A stretch of 64,000 bases of DNA from Blastocatellia bacterium (GTDB lineage: Bacteria > Acidobacteriota > Blastocatellia > Pyrinomonadales > Pyrinomonadaceae). The notes under the pieces are model-generated. The model ran no database searches. It was given only the letters and a program-made list of their open reading frames with translations, and was not told the origin of the DNA. The stretch lies in the NCBI GenBank assembly GCA_003168335.1, contig PMSM01000002.1:484899-548898 (forward strand). The letters are read 5' to 3'. The position numbers and the translations under genes are program-made. How positions within the stretch are numbered: position 1 is the first letter of the stretch; every line of letters begins with the position of its first letter. Below, one piece after another: positions 24,896 through 33,305 of the stretch.

Positions 24896-26404
24896 TCAAC
24901 TGTCAGGAAGCAGCGGAGGATTCTTTGCCGGCCCTGTTATTAAGCTGACCGCATAGCCAACTGACGAACATATGATCGTCCCCGTCAACACGTACCAGGT
25001 CCATGCTAGTGGCGTCCTGAGCCATACATACAACATAACGCCGAGGGCCACGGCCATTCCGGCCATCACGCCTCTTTGGTTGGCGCGCTTCGTTAGGACG
25101 CCCAGCAAAAAAGCTCCCAACATGGCTCCGTACGGCAACGACGCTATCGTAAGCGCAGTATTGAGGACCGACTTTGTGAAACTCTTTGATGCTATTGCGA
25201 TGACGATCAGCACCAGGCCCCACCCTACCGTGAACCAACGTGACAATCGCAAGAGAGATTCGTCCGATACCTGAGGATTGACCAGCGGTCTATATAGATC
25301 GAGGGCCGTGCTCGATGAAAGCGAATTCAAGGAACCGCTGAGATTAGACATCGCAGCGGCAAAAATGGCAGCGATAACCAGTCCGGATATCCCGTGTGGC
25401 AATTGGCGAACGATAAAGAACGGAAAAATCTGATCGTTGCTCTCCAGCGTGGGTCTTGGTGCACCAGTTTGGTAGTAGGCATAGAGCATGACACCGATCA
25501 GGAGGAATAGAACGAACTGAAACAGCACGACGAATCCACTCAGAATAATTGCCTTCTGGCTGTCTCGTTTATTTCGGCAGGTAAGTAGTCTCTGGACCAG
25601 TAGTTGATCAGTTCCATGCGAGGCCATGGTTAGGAATGTGCCCCCCAGGAGGCCGGCCCAGAAAGTAAACGGCACCGTCAGGTCGAATTTGAACGAGACC
25701 ATCTGAAACTTGTTTGCCGCCGCGGCCTGCGCCGCAATTGCATTCCACCCGCCCGGCACCAGATGCAGCAGTTCGTAGGCTGCCAGCAGAGAGCCCCCAA
25801 CGTAAATTATTAGCTGAATCAAATCGGTCCAAATTACCGCGGCGATGCCACCTTCAAAGGTGTAAACCATGGTCAGCAGTCCGACGATGATAATCGACCA
25901 AAGCCACAGGTAAGGCAGCTGCGGCATGCTGGCACCAAGGACTGCACTGAGCACGAGCGAAGCCGAGAAGATTCGTATCCCTTCGCCCATCGCACGCATC
26001 CCCAGAAACAACGAAGCCGCAAAGTTCTTTGTTTGCGGCCCAAATCTTCTCCGCAGGAGTTCATATGCCGTTAGCAACTCGCCGCGAAAGTACGCTGGAA
26101 TAAAGAGGAAGCTAATGATAAAGCGCGCCACGATATAGCCGAGGACCACCTGCAGGTAGGTGAAGTTACCGCCCTGTTCCGGTCGGGCATAGTTTGCGTA
26201 GGCGATAGCTGGAACACCGATCAGAGTGATCGTGCTGGTCTCGGTGGCCACGATCGAGAGGCTGATGATTATCCAGTGAGTGTTCTTGGCGCCTATAAAA
26301 TAGTCTTTGACGGTCCGTTGCGATCGCCTAAACATCATGCCGAAGATCGTGATCCCGGCGAGATAGATCAGCAGCACCGCGTAGTCTATGGTGGAGAAGC
26401 CCAT
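24896..26404 (-). CDS. Sodium:solute symporter (SSF) family transporter
   Basis: 502-aa polytopic protein with an SSF-type pattern (GG..AVIWTD.IQ, HGTDQ.LVQR). Confidence 0.8.
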   Translation of the reverse strand: MGFSTIDYAVLLIYLAGITIFGMMFRRSQRTVKDYFIGAKNTHWIIISLSIVATETSTITLIGVPAIAYANYARPEQGGNFTYLQVVLGYIVARFIISFLFIPAYFRGELLTAYELLRRRFGPQTKNFAASLFLGMRAMGEGIRIFSASLVLSAVLGASMPQLPYLWLWSIIIVGLLTMVYTFEGGIAAVIWTDLIQLIIYVGGSLLAAYELLHLVPGGWNAIAAQAAAANKFQMVSFKFDLTVPFTFWAGLLGGTFLTMASHGTDQLLVQRLLTCRNKRDSQKAIILSGFVVLFQFVLFLLIGVMLYAYYQTGAPRPTLESNDQIFPFFIVRQLPHGISGLVIAAIFAAAMSNLSGSLNSLSSSTALDLYRPLVNPQVSDESLLRLSRWFTVGWGLVLIVIAIASKSFTKSVLNTALTIASLPYGAMLGAFLLGVLTKRANQRGVMAGMAVALGVMLYVWLRTPLAWTWYVLTGTIICSSVGYAVSLITGPAKNPPLLPDS

Positions 26405-26421
26405 TTGGATCTTTTCGGTTG

Positions 26422-27336
26422 CTAGCCCGACGCGAGCAGCGTGATTGCCTGCGCGACTACGCCTTTCGTTTCCTGCAATGCTCTCTTTGCTTCCGCGGCC
26501 GTGCGGCCGGTCTTGCTCATTACCAGCGCCACCGGCAAATCATCGCCGGCTTCCGCGAGGACTTTTTTGGCTTGCTCTTCGTCCAGTCCCGATTCAAGTT
26601 GCAGAATGCGCAAGGCGCGCGCGCGCAACTTAACGTTGCGCGTTTGCACATTCGTCATGCGATTGCCGGTGACGTAGCCGAGCCGAATCATCGTCGCAGT
26701 CGAGATCATATTGAGCACCAGCTTCTGTGCGGTCCCGGCTTTCAAACGCGTCGAACCGGCGATAACTTCCGGACCAACAACTGGAACTATGCTGATCTCC
26801 GCGGCCTTTGTGATCGAAGATCCGGGCACGCAGGTGATCGCCACCGTGAAGGCGCCGAGTTTTCGTGCCTGCTCAACCGCGCCCACCGTGTAGGGTGTTC
26901 GCCCCGATGCTGCAATGCCGACCAACGCGTCTTGCTTTGTGAAACCGCGCGCCTGGAGATCGCGGGCACCGGCGGCTGCATCGTCTTCGGATGCTTCGAC
27001 GGCGCGATAACACGCTTCGTATCCGCCCGCCATGATCCCCTGTACCAGTTCCGGGGAGACGCCGAAGGTCGGCGCACATTCCGCGGCGTCGAGCACGCCG
27101 AGCCTTCCTGATGTTCCCGTGCCGAGGTAAAAAAGCCGGCCGCCTTTATTAAGTCGGGTGACGATTCCGTCCACCGCTCGCGCAACCTCAGGCAAGACCT
27201 GCGCGACTGCGGCCGCTACGCGCGCATCTTCTTCGCTCATCAGACGCAGAATCTCCGTAGTCGGCAAAGAACTGATTTGCGCCGTGCGCGGATTTTCTTG
27301 CTCAGTTAATGGAGTGGACTCAGGAGCTTCTGGCAT
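26422..27336 (-). CDS. murQ: N-acetylmuramic acid 6-phosphate etherase
   Basis: SIS domain with LFYLGTGTSGRLGVLDAAECAPTFG, IAASGRTPY and STRLKAGTAQK.VLNMIST, as in MurQ. Confidence 0.9.
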   Translation of the reverse strand: MPEAPESTPLTEQENPRTAQISSLPTTEILRLMSEEDARVAAAVAQVLPEVARAVDGIVTRLNKGGRLFYLGTGTSGRLGVLDAAECAPTFGVSPELVQGIMAGGYEACYRAVEASEDDAAAGARDLQARGFTKQDALVGIAASGRTPYTVGAVEQARKLGAFTVAITCVPGSSITKAAEISIVPVVGPEVIAGSTRLKAGTAQKLVLNMISTATMIRLGYVTGNRMTNVQTRNVKLRARALRILQLESGLDEEQAKKVLAEAGDDLPVALVMSKTGRTAAEAKRALQETKGVVAQAITLLASG

Positions 27337-27399
27337 TTCGAGAAAGGTAATTCGCGGACATTATCGGATGTTCACTAATGAAAGTACCGAAACGTGCGC

Positions 27400-28389
27400 T
27401 CAGACCGCAACCGGCAATCCATGCAGATGCTCTTGCGCCAGGCGGCCGGCAGCGACCGTGGGCGAAAAGCTTGGGGCGGCAATAAAAGCCTTCTGGGCGA
27501 CGCGCGCTATTTCCTCGCGCAATGGTGCGATCACAAATTCACCGGCGGCGAAAACACCCCCGACGAAAGCTACCTGAAAGCGCTCCGGCTCCATTTTCAA
27601 CTTGCGAACTACGGTTGCCGCTGCTTTGCCCAGCTCTTTTCCTGCTTCGGTCAAAATATTACGAGCCACGGTGTCCCCCCCCCGCGCCGTTTCAATAACG
27701 CGTTTGCTAAAGCCGGCTATCCGATCGTTGGTGATCGTCGGGGCGTAGATCGCAGTTGATAGATCATCGGCTGTGGCCACCTGAAAATATTCACATGCGG
27801 CTGCGGTCAATGCCGTCCTGGGCCCACGCTCATCACTTGCATGCGCCACCGCCTGCAGCGCACGTCTGGCGATCCATGATCCGCTGCCTTCGTCGCCGGC
27901 GACCGGGCCCCAGCCTCCGGCATACACGTGCTTGCCCTGCCGGTTGACGCCGCAGCAAATTGATCCGGTGCCGGAAATTACGACAATTCCCGGCGCACCG
28001 TCAGTGGCGCCATACAAAGCGATGTCGCCGTCAGTCATCAGCTCGATGTTTTTGATCTCCAGCGTTTCGATTAAGACTTCGCGCATGCGCGTGCGGATGT
28101 CTTTGCGTCTGACACCGGCGAGGCCAATTCCGGCGGCAATCAGATCATCACGATCGATCCGAGCCGCAGAGCACGCCTTGTCGATAGCTTCGCGAATGGC
28201 CGCGGCGCCGTTGGCAATCCCCACGCGTAACGGATTTGAGGGGCCAGATGTGCCTTCACCCAACACCCGATCGCCGTCAAGAATCGCCGCTCGAGTTCGG
28301 GTCCCGCCGCCGTCAACGCCTACAACCAGTTTCCGCAACGGAGCCAGCCGCCGCGGTACCAGGTCCACAGTTGTTTGCGTTGTCGTCAT
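27400..28389 (-). CDS. BadF/BadG/BcrA/BcrD-type sugar kinase (GlcNAc/MurNAc kinase, MurK-like)
   Basis: ASKHA N-terminal phosphate-1 motif VGVDGGGTRTRAAI, then ISGTGS and GGWG..AGDEGSG. It sits directly upstream of murQ. Confidence 0.7.
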   Translation of the reverse strand: MTTTQTTVDLVPRRLAPLRKLVVGVDGGGTRTRAAILDGDRVLGEGTSGPSNPLRVGIANGAAAIREAIDKACSAARIDRDDLIAAGIGLAGVRRKDIRTRMREVLIETLEIKNIELMTDGDIALYGATDGAPGIVVISGTGSICCGVNRQGKHVYAGGWGPVAGDEGSGSWIARRALQAVAHASDERGPRTALTAAACEYFQVATADDLSTAIYAPTITNDRIAGFSKRVIETARGGDTVARNILTEAGKELGKAAATVVRKLKMEPERFQVAFVGGVFAAGEFVIAPLREEIARVAQKAFIAAPSFSPTVAAGRLAQEHLHGLPVAV

Positions 28390-28431
28390 TACGGTCTTTC
28401 GATGTCTGCTGAAGCTGTAGGGATTTCTATT

Positions 28432-28446
28432 CTAGGAACGCCCTAG
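28432..28446. promoter_or_regulatory. Candidate LysR-type T-N11-A dyad in the divergent murK-like/lysR spacer
   Basis: CTAGGAACGCCCTAG is CTAGG-N5-CCTAG and contains T-N11-A. It lies immediately 5' of a TATAAT (28448-28453) upstream of the LysR gene. Confidence 0.35.
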
Positions 28447-28506
28447 CTATAATGGAAACTAAAAGATCTTATCCACGTAATAAACCTCGTTGATGCAGAG
28501 GAAATC

Positions 28507-29457
28507 ATGGACATCAGACAACTAAAGGCATTTGTAGCGATAGCGGAGAGCGGCACTTTCACTGCGGGAGCCGTGCGGGTCCATGTAACGCAGGCGGCCA
28601 TCAGCATGCAGATCCGGCAATTGGAAACCGAGACCCACGCGCAGCTTTTCATCCGTGCTCCACGGCGCGTGATTCTTACAGAGGCGGGCGAGAAACTGCT
28701 CGAGCGCGCGTACACAATCCTGCGCGAGCACGATGCGGCCTTGGAAGAACTCGCCGCGCTCACCGGCGCTCATCGCGGGCGACTCCGCATTGGCAGCGCA
28801 TCAGCGATGGTCAGCGCCGATCCTTTGCCGCAGATTCTCAAAGAGCTGCGCGGGACGCATGCCGGCGTCGAGACCTCTGTCGGTTCGGGAACCAGCGAGT
28901 CGTTGGTGAAACAGGTACTGGCGGGCGAGCTCGACGCGGCTTTTGTGTCCTTGCCTGTCGAGGCGCGCGGAGTGCAAACAGAACTTTTGAGCGAGGATTA
29001 TTTGGTAGCGATTGCCTCGCCTCGCCACCCGATGGCAAAACAAAAGATCGTCAGCGCCTACGCGCTGGCGGGTGAGAAGCTGATTCTCGGAGAGCGCGGC
29101 GGCAATACCCGACGACTCATCGATCAGTTTTTTGCCCAGGCCGGCGTGACGCTAAAGGTCACAATGGAGTTGAGCCGGCTGGCGGCCATCAAGCGCATGG
29201 TGGAAGAAGACATGGGCGTCGGCATCGTGCCCTTGCGGTCAGTTCAGGAAGAAGTGCGGAGCGGAAGCCTGGTGCGTTGGTGGATCGAAGGCGCGCAAAT
29301 CAACTGGCAACTCGGCGTGGCGCGGCTCGTCGGTGGTTACGAATCGCCGATCCATCTAAAGTTCCTGCAACTTTGCCGCGAACATTTCGCCCAACCCGCG
29401 GCGGTGACTCCGCCCTCACGGCAGAAACAAAAACAAAAGAAAAAAGCGGCCGTTTAG
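28507..29457 (+). CDS. LysR-family transcriptional regulator
   Basis: N-terminal wHTH MDIRQLKAFVAIAESGTFTAGA..VHVTQAAISMQIRQLE plus a substrate-binding domain. It is divergent from the murK-like operon. Confidence 0.85.
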   Translation: MDIRQLKAFVAIAESGTFTAGAVRVHVTQAAISMQIRQLETETHAQLFIRAPRRVILTEAGEKLLERAYTILREHDAALEELAALTGAHRGRLRIGSASAMVSADPLPQILKELRGTHAGVETSVGSGTSESLVKQVLAGELDAAFVSLPVEARGVQTELLSEDYLVAIASPRHPMAKQKIVSAYALAGEKLILGERGGNTRRLIDQFFAQAGVTLKVTMELSRLAAIKRMVEEDMGVGIVPLRSVQEEVRSGSLVRWWIEGAQINWQLGVARLVGGYESPIHLKFLQLCREHFAQPAAVTPPSRQKQKQKKKAAV

Positions 29458-29524
29458 AGGCGGGCAGGCAAGGCCCGCCTGGTAACGCTATTGGATCGTG
29501 GCGGGCAGTAGCCCGCCTCTAAAC
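29452..29524. repeat. GTTTAGAGGCGGGC-type inverted repeat spanning two convergent stop codons
   Basis: GTTTAGAGGCGGGCAGGCAAGGCCCGCC ... GGCGGGCAGTAGCCCGCCTCTAAAC. The TAG of the LysR gene (29455-29457) and the TAG of the aminotransferase gene (complement of 29519-29521) both lie in the arms. Confidence 0.85.
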
Positions 29525-30634
29525 AGCATACTGGCTCAGCCCCGCGATCAATCTCTCAATATCCTCTTCGTCATTAAAAAAATGCGTCGCGACCCGAATG
29601 CCCTGCGGCTTTTCGGTAACCACAACTCCGCGGCGAAAAAGATGGCGGACTACTTCACCGGGCTTCTCGACTTCGATCAGTGTTTCCGCTGAACGCGCGG
29701 TTTCATTCTGCAGGGGCGAGAGAACCTTCCAGCCATTTTCGGCCAGCCGTGACGTAAGCCTCCGATTCAACTCCAGCACGCGCGCCTGGATGTTCGCGGC
29801 TCCGCACGCGGTCATTAAATCGACTGAAGCGCCGAGCGAAAAGATTCCCGCGAAATGCGGACAGCCAAGCTCGACCCGCGCCGCAGCATCGTGACGCGGA
29901 CGAAACTCGTCGTTGCGCATGTCGAAAGGCTGCTCGACACTCAGCCAGCCGATGGAACGCGGCAGCGATTGGTTGAGCAGTTCACGGCTGAGATAAACAA
30001 AACCCGAACCGTATCCGGCGAGCAGCCATTTGTGGCCGGTCGCGCACAGCGCGTCGATCTTCATGCGCTTCACATCGATCTCAAACGCGCCGGCGGATTG
30101 ACTCGCGTTAATGACCAGGGCGTGTTTGCCTTTTACTTCTCCGACTTTTTCCGGATCGATGCGAAAGCCGTTCGAGAATTGCACGTGACTGAGCGCGATG
30201 ACGCCAGTGTCGTGCGTCATCGCGCCGGCGATGTCCTCGATTCGCACTTCGCCTTCGACCGCCGGGAGCAGGTGAACGGGAATCCGGCGATGCATCCAGG
30301 GCAGTGTGGTGACGGGAAACTCAAGCTCGCTGGAGATAACTTCACCGCGATCTTCCAGCGCATCCACGATCACGTTCATGCCCGACGAGGTATTCGTCGT
30401 AAACGCGATCTCTTCCGGTTCGGCATTGATGAAGGCGGCAATGTTTTTTCGGATCGTTTCTCGATCAGCGAGCCAGCGATTCCAATGGACGTCGCCGTCG
30501 CTCATCATCTTTCCGTAGTAACCGGAAGCGGCTTCGAAAGATGCGCGCGACACCGGCCCCGCCGCCGCGCTGTTGAGATAGGCGAGCTTTTCCGTTACCG
30601 GAAATTGTTTACGGATGTCGACCCAGTTGATCAT
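29519..30634 (-). CDS. Class V aminotransferase / cysteine-desulfurase-like PLP enzyme
   Basis: LAYLNSAAAGP..., ALSHVQFSNG and the PLP-lysine context DALCATGHKWL. I trimmed the start to Met44 (ATG at 30634) because the longer ORF runs through an intergenic repeat. Confidence 0.7.
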   Translation of the reverse strand: MINWVDIRKQFPVTEKLAYLNSAAAGPVSRASFEAASGYYGKMMSDGDVHWNRWLADRETIRKNIAAFINAEPEEIAFTTNTSSGMNVIVDALEDRGEVISSELEFPVTTLPWMHRRIPVHLLPAVEGEVRIEDIAGAMTHDTGVIALSHVQFSNGFRIDPEKVGEVKGKHALVINASQSAGAFEIDVKRMKIDALCATGHKWLLAGYGSGFVYLSRELLNQSLPRSIGWLSVEQPFDMRNDEFRPRHDAAARVELGCPHFAGIFSLGASVDLMTACGAANIQARVLELNRRLTSRLAENGWKVLSPLQNETARSAETLIEVEKPGEVVRHLFRRGVVVTEKPQGIRVATHFFNDEEDIERLIAGLSQYAV

Positions 30635-30692
30635 GTCGATGACGAAGATTACACGATGAGGTGAGCGGGGCGGTAGCCCGAGGGAGTTCTCA

Positions 30693-30940
30693 GAAGCGCC
30701 AACGGCGCGCAATGCAATAGCCTGGGGCAACGCCCCAGGATTGGGAATCCCCACGTGAAACAAAGCGCTGAAAGCGCGAAATAGACGTTGAAGGTTGTTC
30801 TTTCGATCTATTAGGTCGACGGTTTATGTTCGCCGTTTGATGCGCACGTTTCATGTCGCGCTTTCAGCGCTTGCGTGTTCTCTGATTGTCTACCTGGGGC
30901 GTTGCCCCAGGCTATTACATTTCGCGCCTTCGGCGCTTAA
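30693..30940. repeat. F-type ~250-bp composite inverted repeat, copy 1
   Basis: The left half is GAAGCGCC-AAC-GGCGCGCAATGCAATAGCCTGGGGCAACGCCCCAGG...AGCGCTGAAAGCGCG. It is mirrored by CGCGCTTTCAGCGCT...CCTGGGGCGTTGCCCCAGGCTATTACATTTCGCGCC-TTC-GGCGCTTAA. Confidence 0.85.
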
Positions 30941-30945
30941 TTGTG

Positions 30946-33024
30946 TTAGGCCCCTTCAAACCACATCGTCGCCAGCGGCGGCAGAGTGATCACAGCCGAA
31001 TAATCGAGCCCATGCGCCGGAACCTTCTCAGCCTTGATGCGCTTCACCACTCCGAACCCCCCACCACAGTATTCTTCGTGATCGGTGTTCAGCAGTTGCT
31101 TGTACGTACCCGCGCGCGGCAATCCGAGGCGATGGCCTTCGCGTACCACGGGTGAAAAGTTGCCAACACAGATAATTTCTTTGCCGGTCGCAGGCGAGAT
31201 GCGACGAAACGCGATAACATTTTCAGGAGCGTTATCAACTTCGATCCATTGAAAGCCTGAAGCCTCGGCGTCGGCTTCCCACAACGCGCCGTGTTTCTTG
31301 TAAAGCTTGTTCAGATCGCGAATCAATAATTGGACGCCCCTATGAATCGGCGTCTCAAGCAGATGCCAGTCGAGACTCTCAGTCTCGTTCCATTCGCGCC
31401 ACTGGCCAAACTCGCTGCCCATGAACAGAAGCTTCTTGCCCGGATGCGCCCACATGTAAGCGTAAAGCGCGCGCAGGTTCGCAAACTTCTGCCATTCATC
31501 GCCAGGCATCTTGTTCAGCAGAGAGCCTTTCATGTGCACGACTTCATCGTGAGAGAAAGGCAGAATGAAGTTCTCGCTCCACGCGTACAGCAAACCAAAG
31601 GTCAGCGCAGTGTGATTACCGCCGCGAAACAGCGGATCCGTTTGAAAGTACTTGAGTGTGTCGTGCATCCAGCCCATGTTCCACTTGAAATCAAAGCCGA
31701 GCCCGCCGGCATAAACCGGATGACTGACCGCGGGCCACGCGGTTGATTCTTCGGCAATCATCAAAGTGCCGGGACACTCACGGTGGGTCACTTCGTTCAG
31801 CTCTTTGATCAGAGAGATCGCTTCCAGGTTTTCACGCCCGCCAAACTCATTTGGCACCCACTCGCCTTCCTTGCGGCTGTAATCCAGATAGAGCATTGAC
31901 GCGACCGCATCGACGCGCAATCCATCCAGATGAAACTCGCGCAACCAGAACAGCGCGTTGGCGATGAGAAAGTTGCGAACTTCATTACGGCCATAGTTAA
32001 AAATGTACGTGCCCCAATCGGGATGCTCACCCTTGCGCGGATCCTGATGTTCGTAGAGCGCCGTGCCGTCGAATCGCGCCAGCGCAAATGCGTCTTTCGG
32101 AAAGTGCGCGGGCACCCAATCCATGATCACGCCAAGGCCGCGTTGATGCAGATGATCAATTAAGAAACGAAGATCATCAGGGGTGCCATAACGGGATGAC
32201 GCAGCAAAGTACGCGCTCACCTGATATCCCCATGAAGGACCATACGGATGTTCCTTTAACGGCAAGAATTCGACATGGGTGAAGCCATCCTCGACCAAAT
32301 AGTCAGCGAGCAGCGGCGCGATCTCGCGATAGGTCAGCGGCCGGTTGTTCTCTTCCGCAATTCGCCGCCACGATCCCAAATGGACTTCGTAGATCGAAAG
32401 CGGTTCGCGCCAGGCCCGTCGGTTTTTCCGCTTATTCATCCAGGCGCGATCGCGGAATTTATATTTCGAATTGAAGACAATTGACGAAGTGCTGGGCGGG
32501 ACTTCCATCGTGAAGGCGTAAGGATCGGCCTTGAGAAATGTGCGCCGGCCAGACTTGATCTCATATTTGTAGAGTTCGCCCGCGCGCAAGCCGGGAACGA
32601 AAAGTTCCCACACGCCTGAGCTGCCCAGCCGGCGCAACGGATTCGTCGCGCCGTTCCAATCGTTGAAGTTACCAACGACGCTAACGCTTTTGGCATTCGG
32701 CGCCCACACGGCAAACGCGACCCCGGGCAGGCCTTCGTGCGTCATGACATGCGCGCCAAGTTTTTCATAGATGCGTTCGTGTTTGCCTTCGCCGAAGAGA
32801 TGCAGGTCGAGTTCGCCGAGCGTGGGTGAGAAGTCGGTTAATGATTTGTCTGGTCGCGGTCTTAACGCGCGCGTCGTGCTTTGCGTCTTTGCGCCTTTGC
32901 GTGAGGGCTTCGTCTTCGCCTCGATTTGATCGGGCACTAACATAATGCCCTCGCTTACGCGCGGGCTACTGACCCGGCGTTGCTTCGCGCTTGTCTTCGC
33001 TTTGGGTGTTTTCTTGCCGCTCAT
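30946..33024 (-). CDS. glgB: 1,4-alpha-glucan branching enzyme
   Basis: CBM48 + GH13 pattern: VWAPNA..VSVVGNFNDW, GVIMDWVPAHF, LDGLRVDAVASMLY, MIAEESTAWP and LPFSHDEVVH. Confidence 0.9.
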   Translation of the reverse strand: MSGKKTPKAKTSAKQRRVSSPRVSEGIMLVPDQIEAKTKPSRKGAKTQSTTRALRPRPDKSLTDFSPTLGELDLHLFGEGKHERIYEKLGAHVMTHEGLPGVAFAVWAPNAKSVSVVGNFNDWNGATNPLRRLGSSGVWELFVPGLRAGELYKYEIKSGRRTFLKADPYAFTMEVPPSTSSIVFNSKYKFRDRAWMNKRKNRRAWREPLSIYEVHLGSWRRIAEENNRPLTYREIAPLLADYLVEDGFTHVEFLPLKEHPYGPSWGYQVSAYFAASSRYGTPDDLRFLIDHLHQRGLGVIMDWVPAHFPKDAFALARFDGTALYEHQDPRKGEHPDWGTYIFNYGRNEVRNFLIANALFWLREFHLDGLRVDAVASMLYLDYSRKEGEWVPNEFGGRENLEAISLIKELNEVTHRECPGTLMIAEESTAWPAVSHPVYAGGLGFDFKWNMGWMHDTLKYFQTDPLFRGGNHTALTFGLLYAWSENFILPFSHDEVVHMKGSLLNKMPGDEWQKFANLRALYAYMWAHPGKKLLFMGSEFGQWREWNETESLDWHLLETPIHRGVQLLIRDLNKLYKKHGALWEADAEASGFQWIEVDNAPENVIAFRRISPATGKEIICVGNFSPVVREGHRLGLPRAGTYKQLLNTDHEEYCGGGFGVVKRIKAEKVPAHGLDYSAVITLPPLATMWFEGA

Positions 33025-33052
33025 TTTGAATGAACAACCGCTACCTGATGCC

Positions 33053-33199
33053 GGGAGCGCGGACGGCCCGTCCGCACAGCGCGCATAGCGCGCTCAGTCT
33101 GTCGCCCGCTAAAGCGGGCTCTTCCAATTACAATGGCGCTGATCCCCGGGTTCCGCTGCGCTCCACCCGAGGCTAAACTCTGCCGTCTGCTTCGCAGAC
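33053..33199. repeat. C-type arm followed by a string of short hairpins
   Basis: GGGAGCGCGGACGGCCCGTCCGCAC, then AGCGCGC-ATA-GCGCGCT, GCCCGCT-AAA-GCGGGC and GTCTGC-TTC-GCAGAC. Confidence 0.7.
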
Positions 33200-33305
33200 T
33201 GGTTGAATCGCTACGTCATTAATGTTTCAAGGCTAGCTTCCGAGTTCTGTTTCGCGCAACCCGTCGTTACCAATATGGCCGCTATTCCGCGATCTCGTTG
33301 AATCG

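Noticed and set aside
30635-30763. N-terminal extensions given by the ORF track: aminotransferase to 30763, GNAT to 43349, CoA ligase from 51768, decarboxylase from 54020, NTF2-like from 53390
   Set aside because: The extensions run through palindromic repeat elements or lack family-conserved sequence. Internal ATG codons give N-termini that match the expected family starts, so I trimmed the starts. These remain predictions.
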